Origin: Hyphochytrium catenoides
Taxonomy: Eukaryota; Protista; Hyphochytriomycota
Length of the DNA stretch: 36,162 nucleotides
Direction of reading: 5' to 3'
NCBI GenBank assembly: GCA_900088475.1
Contig: FLMG01002561.1
Location: 1 to 36,162 of the forward strand
The translations under genes and the position numbers were made by a program. The notes beneath the pieces were generated by a model that was given only the letters and a program-made list of their open reading frames with translations, was not told the DNA's origin and did no database searches. Shown here piece after piece: positions 22,149 to 32,081 of the stretch (within the stretch, counting starts at the first letter, position 1; each line of letters starts with the position of its first letter).

Positions 22149-25100
22149 ATGCTTGCTACCGCCGCTGCTGACAGCAATGTGGAAGACAGAGCAGACTGTA
22201 AGACGAACGAGAGCAGCCGCTGCTGACCAGTAGAGTCCGTGAGCACTGCAGCCCTAACCAAACGGGTATACTAGCTGGCTCCGCGCCGCCTATGGAGGAA
22301 AACGGCAATTCACTTCTCGAGGAACCCGCAGACAGTGCTCAGCAAGCCTTCGGGGAGAACGGCGTCTCATTTTACCAGTATGGTATGGCGCTCGTTATGC
22401 GTTGCTGTCGTGGATTTTTGCTAAAAAGCACCTCCATGCAGATCACTCGGAGCTCATAAGCAGCCTTTACACTTCTACGGAGCGTGAACTTATTGACAAG
22501 TTAGTCTATAGTGAGCAGAATCTTAGAATTAGGCCGACGGGAATCAGCGGAGGCCGGCACTATGAGGACTTCTTCGACTTCACAGAAGACAAAGTGGTTC
22601 GAGCAGGTATACGTGCGCAAAATTTGTGGCGTCCTGGTCCCTCTTCTGCTTGCGCTATCCGGCTTACTTTGCGAGGTTGCATCGGTAGGCTGGGCAGAGA
22701 ATCGGCATTGGCCCGTTCAATGGAGCGGTGGCACAATCCACTCAGGACTGCCAGACGCGATGTTCGATGGCAGTGCAACCACCCAATGGAACCCAGTTGG
22801 AGCGCGGCCTAACCAAGAGCATGTAAGTAAACTCAGCGCCCAATTGGGCCGCCCTATTACGAGGGTACTTTAGGTGCGAACAACAGATGCTCATGTCAGG
22901 GAAAAAGCTATGAGGATGAGAGCTAGTATTACGGTTAGGTGGAAAAGCAATAGATTCGGCGAAAGAGAAGAGGGGCTTCTTTCTGAAAAGAAGGAAGAGA
23001 GACGGTAAGGAGAGAGAGAGAAGGGGTGGGAGATAGAAAGAGAGGCAGAGAGAGCGAACGAGAGAAAGTGAAGGAGAGCCAGAGACCGATGAGAGTTGGA
23101 GAAAGCTGTACACAGGGGCGGAAGGTCTAACCTCTGCCATCTGTCCCTTAGTGGGTTGTCTTGTGCTTCGGCGGTCCAAAGACTATCCACGGCTTCCGGC
23201 TGCGCTCTAACCCTAGCAAGAAGCACACCGTGATGCACTTCCGTTTAGAGGTAGGCGACACGGAGGACGGCCCATGGTCGGTGATAGGCTTCTTCGAGCA
23301 CCGAAACAAGGATCCAGTCTTAGGCGACTANNNNNNNNNNNNNNNNNNNNNNNNNNNAGCAGCTCAACCTCAGCGGTCGGCACTTCAGCCCCACGTCAAG
23401 CAAGAACATCGTGAAGCTGTTCCCTTCATTCACTGATAAAAAGGCAAAAGAGAGGAGTTCCCCTATCCCTCTCCAAGTGACAGTGCTACGGAGTTCTCCC
23501 ACGGAGCTGCTTCTATCCATAGAAGGGCTGTGTGAAGATCATCTAGGACCACTGAACGCCATGGTTGAGTCGGACGACATCATTGGCATGGACGAACCCG
23601 TTGTGATAGCCGTCGTAGTGGAAGGTGCGGCTCTTGATCTACCGCTTAGAAGGTGTCCAGTGTTCGCTATCTATCTTTCTTTCTTGCATCATTGACCTTG
23701 TTCAGGCCTCCCTCGAACCAGTTCTTTAGTTCTGTCAATACGCTCATCGGTTCTTCTTGTTCCATTATGCGTGGGGTGCAGAGGTGAAGCCCAATGCACA
23801 CGCTTTCATCGAAGGAAAGAAGGCCGCGGGAGGAGTAGATGCAGTTGTCCGCGCCATGCGGATGCACTCCCAGGACCAGGGAGTGCAGTTATGGGGCTGC
23901 CACTACCTAAGGGGTGTCACCTATCGAAGTAAGCCTTTAGGAGGTCTGGGTAAAGCCAGAGGTACCCCGCAGTGCCTACCTGCTTTCTAATTGCCTATTT
24001 ATGAACGTACGCTAGATCGTGAAGACAGGGCCCTTCAGGAGCTATTGGCCTTCCTTGGGCATATGGAGAATCTTCTTACGGACAACAAGTATGGGATTCA
24101 GATCAAGACCGCAGCTTGTGAGGCCATGACCAACATGATGCAAAATGGCAAGTGATAGCGTCCTGAACGCTAGAGCAGTCCTGGTGGCGAGCAAAGTGAG
24201 GGTGATGTAGGTGAAGGGCTGAAGAAGGGCGTGTACACAGAGGGTGGCAGGACGAATACTGGAGAGGTAAACGTAAAAGAGAGACGTCAGAGAAGAAGGG
24301 AACGGAACCACCGAGGCTTACCAGCTAGAGCTTTCACTGACTTGAGAGACGGTAGCACTAGAGAGCTAACAAGAGAGAGTTGAGCACCTCAGAGGCTTAT
24401 TGGGTCGCACTTCTCTTAGATCAACTCCAGCGTCTTATGCTGACCCGAATTGGGAACTGGCTCGAAGCCTGTCTGAAGCTTGTGGAGCGGCATGCTGATG
24501 ATGCCAGGCGAAGAAAAGAATCGCTCCTTAAGAAGGGCCAGACTGGCTCTCAGGGCGAACTAGAGCTCTCAGGAGGAATGAAGATGGTCTTAGCTGGCCT
24601 CAACCTTCTCAACGCGGTTTGCGCGCATGGTAAGGCATGCTGACACATAAAGCCCGGTCATTTAGTGTCTAAAGCAATCTCTTCGAAAAGAAAAAACTGT
24701 GGGCGGCGTCGGCTCTGTCTACGGGCTCAGAGTCTTGACCAAGATCATCCAAACCTTTGATGAGGAGCCGCTGGTGGCTAAGGCAGGTTGCGAAGTGCTC
24801 CATAACTGTCTGGTCTACAACGGTCAGTGGCCATCAGAAGCCTTTCTTCGGGTCTCTCTTCCTGTCTTCTGCTACTGAAGAGATGCAAAATACCCCTGGG
24901 ACGCTTCCGCGACCTTCTCGAGATAGTATATGTACCTGACACTGTCATGATCACTCCTGCTCAATAGCCCATGCCCATGCCAATGCCCTGAAGCTCGACA
25001 TGAATAGTTTGGTCAAGGTAATTCTCGAGCGCTTTCAAGACTCAGACGACGTGCTATGTTGGGCGCAGCGTGCCACTCTTGCCCTCCAGCCTGATGGGTG

Positions 25101-25164
25101 GCGCGCTCAGCACCTGGACCGTCCGGTAGGTAGCGCAGTGAAGCCTAGCTCAGTACCTCATTAA
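22149..25164 (+). CDS. Hypothetical protein with F5/8-type C (discoidin/DOC-like) domain, IPT/TIG-like domain and armadillo-like repeats, ~10 exons, spans an N-gap
   Basis: Discoidin-like: AMFDGSATTQWNP...|WVVLCFGGPKTIHGFRL...FRLEVGDTEDGPWSVI. IPT/TIG-like: QLNLSGRHFSPTSSKNIVKLF...VTVLRSSPTELLLSI. ARM-like: GGVDAVVRAMRMHSQDQGVQLWGC, IKTAACEAMTNM, LVAKAGCEVLHN. Stop TAA at 25162-25164. Confidence 0.75.
23331..23357. other. Assembly gap (27 N) within the discoidin/IPT/ARM gene
   Basis: Run of N. The protein-like frames on either side do not match a 27-nt gap, so the true size differs or the gap hides an intron. Confidence 0.97.
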
Positions 25165-25540
25165 GTTCCATTATGTGATGCTTATAAAACATAGTTAATG
25201 TAGACATCTGCACCCTCGGCACAAAAAGACAAGCCACGCCTGTTCTGTCTCGCGACCGGAAACAGCTGTCTTTTATCTATCTCGTTAACCGATCCAACGT
25301 TATGCCGAAGCCCCCTTACTTTGCACGTCTTGATGATTCGATGGCAGCTCTTCCTCAAACAAGATCCTGGAAAGCCACTCCCTCCTGAAGAGCTGCGACA
25401 GGAAACGGGGAAGAAGTAACGATGCTAGTGATACCTGTGGTGGCACGATTGCCGGCACGGCTAGTAAAGTTTTGATAGAGGAACCCCTCAGTTGGTTCCA
25501 CGTTGAGAGGGTGACAGGCGGGAGACTACAGGTAGAGCTA

Positions 25541-26020
25541 TCATACATTCTTCGTCGTCTTTGTCTTGGCATCAAAGCATGAGCAGCAGAGTGAACCCTT
25601 TTTGCTGCAGTCACAGCGGTATACGTAGCCCGAACAGCAGTCACATGTCCGTGACGAAGGGAACCACTCATCCTTCCACGACTGATCTGCTTCAATCTCC
25701 TTCTGTAGAGATTCCATTTTCCGCAAGTCATCCTCTCTTTCTTGATCGTCGTCCTCCTCGTAGGAGCAGCCACATATTCCCAAACTCTGACAGGAGGCTT
25801 CTGAGCAGCTGTAGATGAACCCTTGACAACAAGAGCAGTCCTTGGCTTTGGGAAACCAAAATTCCGCGTTCGGGTCCGCCGCCGCCGCGTAACCGGAGAA
25901 TGCAGCTCCTCCATAGCCAAGGCTAGTCTGGCCGCGCTCGTCAATTTCCCTGGAGTCTGGATGTCCAAACCAGCAGTCCTGCCGGGTGCATTTCCTTCCG
26001 TATCGACAGACTTGCGCCAT
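25541..26020 (-). CDS. Small Cys-rich protein: Nab2/ZC3H14-type CCCH finger plus two WFP-x4-CxCCxG[FY]xYxC modules
   Basis: 159-aa ATG ORF. CRYGRKCTRQDCWFGH fits C-x5-C-x4-C-x3-H. Repeats are WFPKAKDCSCCQGFIYSC and WFPSSRTCDCCSGYVYRC. A possible donor AAT|gtatga near the stop could add a last exon ending at 25300. Confidence 0.82.
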   Translation of the reverse strand: MAQVCRYGRKCTRQDCWFGHPDSREIDERGQTSLGYGGAAFSGYAAAADPNAEFWFPKAKDCSCCQGFIYSCSEASCQSLGICGCSYEEDDDQEREDDLRKMESLQKEIEADQSWKDEWFPSSRTCDCCSGYVYRCDCSKKGSLCCSCFDAKTKTTKNV

Positions 26021-26933
26021 GCTTCTTCACCCCAACGCCTTCAATGACTTGCCCAAGCTAAGTGCTAAGATGGTGGCTCTTTCGGAGCGCCGTCCCCTGC
26101 CTGTAACACGGCTGCTGTGAAGGATACTATTATTAAGCTTGGCTTGAATAGTTTACCTCTCCCTTACCACGGCAGCATTGCTAGAGATCTCTCAGACGCT
26201 TCTTCAGCTCATAAATCCTTTTGACTATGAGACTTACGACGGAGGCAAAGCCTCACATCACAGCTGGAGAGCTGGAGACTTGCAGTTCATTGTTTAGAGC
26301 TGTGCCTTCAAGAGTAATGCGGTTCAGTTCTGCAGTAGTAATGCCTTGGGCGGCGCAGCGGTAACGGACCTTGAGTTTGCGTTTCTCCTGAGTGAAGGCT
26401 GCGGCAAGGAACACAAAGGCCGTGAGTTATCACGACCCAAAATAGCAGTAAGCGCTTTCACTGATCTAAAGAATCAGTTCAAGAGTAGTTACTGGGCAAG
26501 ACATTCTTTTGATCTTTCCTGATTGATCTGTGAGGGTTGATGTGTCGCTTGAAGATCTCTGTCCAGGGCGTTATTTATCATCTCCGACGATGTGAAGAGA
26601 GAAGAGAAGAGAGCTTGGTGGTCTCCGCAGTCTTGCCTGCTGGGCGCTTGCTCCTGCGCTTTCAGCTGCAGGGGCTGCTGGAGGACCTAATGGTGCGAGC
26701 TTCTCACCAGATGATGGAGACGGGAAGCGCCTGATGAAAGCTCAAACACAAGCACAATGCTTGAGCCCGTCATCGTTACTTGGTCTATCCGTTTGCCCCC
26801 GAAGTTTCGTCTTCTAACAGGTTCTGGGAGCCCTGTGGAGGCCGTCGTGTCTCATGCCCAATAGATTGACTGAGCTTTGGCTCTTAGCTTTGCTGCATTT
26901 ACCTCCGCGAAGTGAGGCATACGAGTGATCGTC

Positions 26934-29900
26934 ATGTCTGTGGTGACGGGATCCGCTGTACCTCCTACTCCTGCAACTAGGAAGCGTGCGAGTTTCACCT
27001 CCACGCCCGACATCAGTTGTGAGAGCTTGGTGGTGAACATCGCCGAGAATGACCAGATCACCTCTTCCGTGCGCACTGCCATAGAGAATGGGCTTGAGAG
27101 CACCTTGATCTGTAAGTATCTCAGCTCTTTTACGACTGATACCCTGATCCGGATTAGTTAACCTAGCGATCTTCCCTCGCAGCCACGTTATCAGCCTACA
27201 TTGATCGTACCAACCTTGATGTGGAAAATGTTTGCAACCGAAACTTCTTGGACTTCATCAACTCGGTGCAAGAGCTCCTGAGTATGAAGGCTCAAGTCTC
27301 TCAGCTTAAGGTAAGGATTGACAGGATAGTTGCTTCAGCGGTGACCGGTCGCATAGGTAACTTTCTTTACTCTGTAGAACCATATTGTGCAGCTTAACGA
27401 GGAGCTTCAAAGGACTGGTTCCGAGGCTTTAGACTTAGCAGAAACCCTTGTTAAACATCAGAAAGCTGTGGACAACATTGGTACCACTAGCCAAGTACTA
27501 CGGCATCATCTTCACCTGGTATACCTGTTGCTGCTAGTGTCTGAGGCTAAAGTTACGGGCTATTCAAATTTTCTTTGACATTCTAGGTCAAGTTAGCTCA
27601 GACTATCGAACGCTTGAACGAGAGAGGAGAATATTATCCTGCACTCAAAGCCCTGGACAAACTCAGAGGAGAGCTGCAAAAACAAGCTTACGTAAGCCTG
27701 AGTCTCCCCATTTCTTATAAGCCATCATTCCCTCCCCCAACTCCCCTCTCACGTTCTCAAGCTTCCTCTCTAGCTCGATTGTTCTCACATAGCAGAACCA
27801 TAGTCAGTCTTGGTGCTCTGCTTGGGGCCTTAGTGCCAGCTACCTAACTCACAGTCTATTAATCTAGTCGACAAAGTTTGAGAAGCATTTGCACCTCTGG
27901 ATTCCAGCGATGATTGTTCGGGTGAAACGCTCCGTCACCAAGCAGCTTACAGAATGGATGTTGGAGATCCGAACCGGCTCCTATGATATAGGCGAGAGAG
28001 CTATGGCTCTATGTGCAAAAAAGTACGACGGAGACAGGGGAGGAGGTACATATCCATCTACCTTTCTTCCTTTTCTCCTCTCCTCACTCACTCATCAATT
28101 TTGTGAACTAACAGAAAGACCAGACGAAGAGGAGGAAGCGGATGCCATAGAGGTGAGGTGGAAGAAGCTCCTCGTGACATAAAGCATACATAACCACAGG
28201 CTTTTGGGGACCTAATGAATGGGGAAAGGGAGTCTGTCAACCGCAGCTGCGTGCAGGCTGGAAGATAGAGGGTAGAGGCATGTAAAGTAGATTGCCAGGT
28301 AACGGAACTAGATAAGGGAACTAGCACCAGCCGAAGGAGACGCGGAATATCTTCAGGCCCGTGGTCCCTTTTAATTGGATGTATGGCTCATCGGCAGGCT
28401 ATTATCCACCGTCTAAGCCCAGTATACAAGTGCCTCCATGTCTACACTCTTCTCGGGCAGCAGCGGGAATTGTCAGACTATTATAAAGCGAATCGCTTGG
28501 TGAGCTGAGCAAAGACTATTCTCCTTTTACCTTAACACATTCACCTCACATTCTTATATCAACCTCAAGCCTCAATTGGAGCTTCAGACTATGCTTGGCG
28601 CAGATCTATACAGCATGTCGACCGACCAATTTGTCAAGCAGGTAAAGCTCCATGAGGACAGCTGGAACCCATAAACTTCCTCTTCGCCCTCATCTCTGCT
28701 TATTATCAGCATGAAGCTTTGTTCCGGAGGTTTGCGGCGTTCTTCCTCGTGGAACACGTCGTCATGAAAACCTGTGATGACATTATCACTAAGCAAGAGG
28801 TCAGAATCTCACCCTTCGCCTATTGCATCCTAGCTGGATGCCCAGAACCTTTAAGCCCATTCCCTTTTCTTTGCTGCTCCTCCATTAACGCCTCCTTAGT
28901 TCCCATTTTCTCTCTTTCTACAGCGCCTCACCCACCGTCACCCTTTAGGTGGACTCTCAGCTTGCAGTCTGCAGTGAAAAGCTCTGCACCCTACTCAGCC
29001 AACACCTTAATGCCGTTTCCGACCCAGAGAACATAGTGAAGATGAAAGAAACTGGAATCCTCTGCGCCAGGACCTTACAGTCTGGCGCTTATGGAGGTGG
29101 TTTTGACAATCAAACACTGCCAAACTTCTTCCGTGCCTCGACTACCGTAATGGAGAAGGCAATCGTGAGGAAAACAGAAGTGTAAGGAGCCTGCGCTGGT
29201 TCTTATTATTCCAGAAGACTTTGACACGACCTCACCTAATAGCCTGCCTGAGAAGACAATCTAGTCCTCCCACTTTTGTCTCTATCCTGCTTCCTCCTCA
29301 TGCCGTGGGTCAGCATTACCTCCTCGTTGCGTTGGAACGTTTGCCCCTTGGCGGTTATCACTCATGCGATCGTCCTCTTCCATTTGCAGGTCCTTTCGAA
29401 AGCTCCTGGAGAAGGAACGCTACGAACCAACGCGCATCAAAACGGAAGAGGAGTATCTTAAGGTATATAGGGTGTTCTCTCTTGTTTCAAGTGCCTTTGA
29501 CATATATCAGAGAACTTTAAACTGCTTGGTCATTGACGATACCTTACGCTCTCCTTCTCACTGTATAGATTATAGCGCCGTTCGGATTGAGCCAGAGCGA
29601 CCCTCACCAAAGAAGGAGGTCCGCTGAACGCCTCCTTAACTTTCCTGCTACATTTCCGTTCTCGCTGGTAAGGCTCTTAGTTTTCAATTATGCCCATCTT
29701 ATTAGATCTTCCACTAATCTCACTTCCTTTCTCTCAAGACTGTACCCAGCACATGCTTCCTAGTCCAGGAGGAAATCGTTCTATTCACATCGCATTGCAG
29801 GTAAGAAGGCCCTAGCTCCGGGCGCCTGACGTCTCTTAATAGCCCTGTGTAGTTCTTTTAGCGATAACCAGCTCGATCCGTATTCCAGCTAGGAGCTTTC

Positions 29901-31882
29901 CGTACCTACTTGCATCCTGCATATGCTGACTTGTGCTCACCCCGCCTCATCTTGCCGTTGTACCTTAGGGATTTGGAACTGCATAACTTCGGCTCTCTCC
30001 TAAGTCATCTTCTAAACGAGATCCTTCTAGCCATTGACCGTGTGCTAAATGAGCTCTTGGACAACAGCGGTGACATCCAGATCTCACAGGTAACTGTCAA
30101 CTGGAATACTAGTCCTACATTTCTGGGTCTCGTCGCTTTTCTAACAAATGCCAGCTCTTGGCTAATAACTTCGATTGTGTGCTATCCCTCTTGTTGTTTG
30201 TGTCTCAATGGGCTTGTGTCTCACCAGCTTTCGCATCTCTGTTCACTCAGGCTTGCCAGTTTTCAATAAATGCTGCTGCCCTCGCCCGAGCATGCCCATC
30301 GTTTTCCTCCTTTGTCACATCTGCAGCTCTCAAATACAGTCAGGCCCGAAGGAAGGCAGCGGAGGGTGGATCTGCAAGAGAGGAACAAGATAGCGCAAGC
30401 GAGGAAAATCAGGAGGAAGATTGTAAAACAGCAAATGACCTTCTCCCTGGAGAGAGAAAGTAGGCACTGCACTCCAAATAGTCTGACGCTCTTTATTCGT
30501 TTTCTTTTTACCCCCTCTCTTGTTCTCTCTGCTTCCTACTCCATTGCCCGTTTTGCCACTCCACCACGCTAACCGCGATCGGGTTCCCTCAAATGTCTTG
30601 TTCCAGGCTGCAGTCTACATCCTCGAAGGCCCAAGATTTAGTCTTTGAGGTGGTGGTGAGTAAGAGTCAGAAGCGGGGAGATAGCACTAAAGAGATAGCG
30701 ATGATAGTAAGTTCTAATCGCTCTAACTCGCTCCACAATTTCTCTTCGATGTCTCTCTCTGCCGTAGGTTGGCAAGATAGACAGTCTTCTCTCTTCTGTT
30801 TGCTTTGTTGAGTGGACACCTACCATCCCGGCGACAAGTCCACACTCTTATGTGGAAGACATTATGTCATACCTGCAGGTCTGCCTAAACATTCACTCTT
30901 CACCAGCACTCCCCATCCATGTCCTTGGGGTTAAGCGCTGGTCCACACATCCTTGCGGCTCAGGCAACCCACTCAGTTCATTGATATCAAGTTTACTAAC
31001 TAGTTACCTGTTTGGCGTACTGCATCCCTCAGCCTCTAATTATCTTCCTCAGCCGCTGATTCCTGGCCATTTCCTGTTCTTAGTCATCCTTTGAGTCCAA
31101 CTGACCCACCGCCGGCTCCTCAGGTGACGTTTATGTGCCTCACATACCTACCTCAACCTGTGAGAGAGTCAATCCACTTCGCATCTTGCGGGCACATCTC
31201 CTCGCAGCTGATGGTACTCATCATGGGACCACAAGTACCACATATTAATATGATTGGGTTATACAACTTCAGCCTGGACCTCAGTAAGGACTGAACCTTG
31301 TTATCTCCTCAGTATTCTCCCTTTGTGCAACCTCAGCTGCTCAGTTCTCTCTTTCATCTTCATCTTTGGGGCCCAGAACGGTCGCATCCAGGGTCACTTT
31401 ATCCTCTGACAAGTCCTTTGCTGCCCTCACAGACGCTTTGATAGTCTTTGCTGACACATGCGGGGTGCCGCAACTTCGCGACTGCTTCGGGCCCCTGGAA
31501 CAGCTTATTAGCCTCATTCTTAGTGGAAGGCCGGAAGAGATCTTAGATGATAGCTTAAGGTTCGTAGAGAAAGGAGGATGAGAAATCTGTCCTTATTTGG
31601 ACCTCCCCCCTAAGATGAGTTTTCGATACTTATCGCTTTTCCTCTGTAATCTTATCTTACGGTTGCAACGACATAACGCAGTCTCCGTGATATCCTGACT
31701 AACCCCTCTTCTCTAGAATCAAGAAATATGCCAAAGTCCAGCCTGACAACGTCGTCACCCTGTTATCAAAGTACAAGGATCTTTCCACCTTTGACAAGCT
31801 CAAGGCAGCGGGCAAGCTGCATGAAAATATCCCGCACCTCAAAAAGAAGCAGGTGGAAGCTGTACTCAAGCAGCTAAAGTAG
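26934..31882 (+). CDS. SEC15: Exocyst complex component Sec15/EXOC6, ~20 exons
   Basis: About 19 GT-AG introns give a continuous frame: VENVCNRNFLDFINSVQELL...YYPALKALDKL...LTEWMLEIR..S.DIGERAM...LSPVYKCLHVY.LLG...YYKANR...FAAFFLVEHVV...FPFS|.VP...IMSYLQ|VTFMCLTYLPQPVRESIHFASCGHIS...LRDCFGPLEQLISL. Stop TAG at 31880-31882. Confidence 0.93.
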
Positions 31883-32081
31883 CCAGAAGCAGCCCTTGGC
31901 TGTATAAATAAGTTAAATTGAGAGAAATATCAGTCCAACTGCCTATTTGTGACCTCTGTTGCGAGGCATATTCCAGCAGACGAGTAGCGGCGCCAATTGT
32001 TTCTCTCGTCCATCCTCTGTCAGAGGAAGGCACTCAAGGAACCCTTAGCCCCGGCGCACTGTGGTCCATTAATGTCGCCCA

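Noticed and set aside
22124-22230. C/D snoRNA-like pattern (ATGATGA...CTGA) with TACCGCCGCTGCTG resembling the complement of the 18S rRNA 530-loop
   Set aside because: The single mismatch falls at the would-be methylation position, and the segment is the in-frame first coding exon (MLATAAADSN...) of the downstream gene.
25300-25968. 222-aa alternative-frame ORF overlapping the CCCH gene
   Set aside because: No recognisable motifs; the Cys-patterned frame is the coherent one. Only its last ~30 codons might be a spliced terminal exon.
26730-26775. Hammerhead-like CTGATGA followed by a stem
   Set aside because: The required GAAA after stem II and a flanking stem III with a cleavage triplet are absent.
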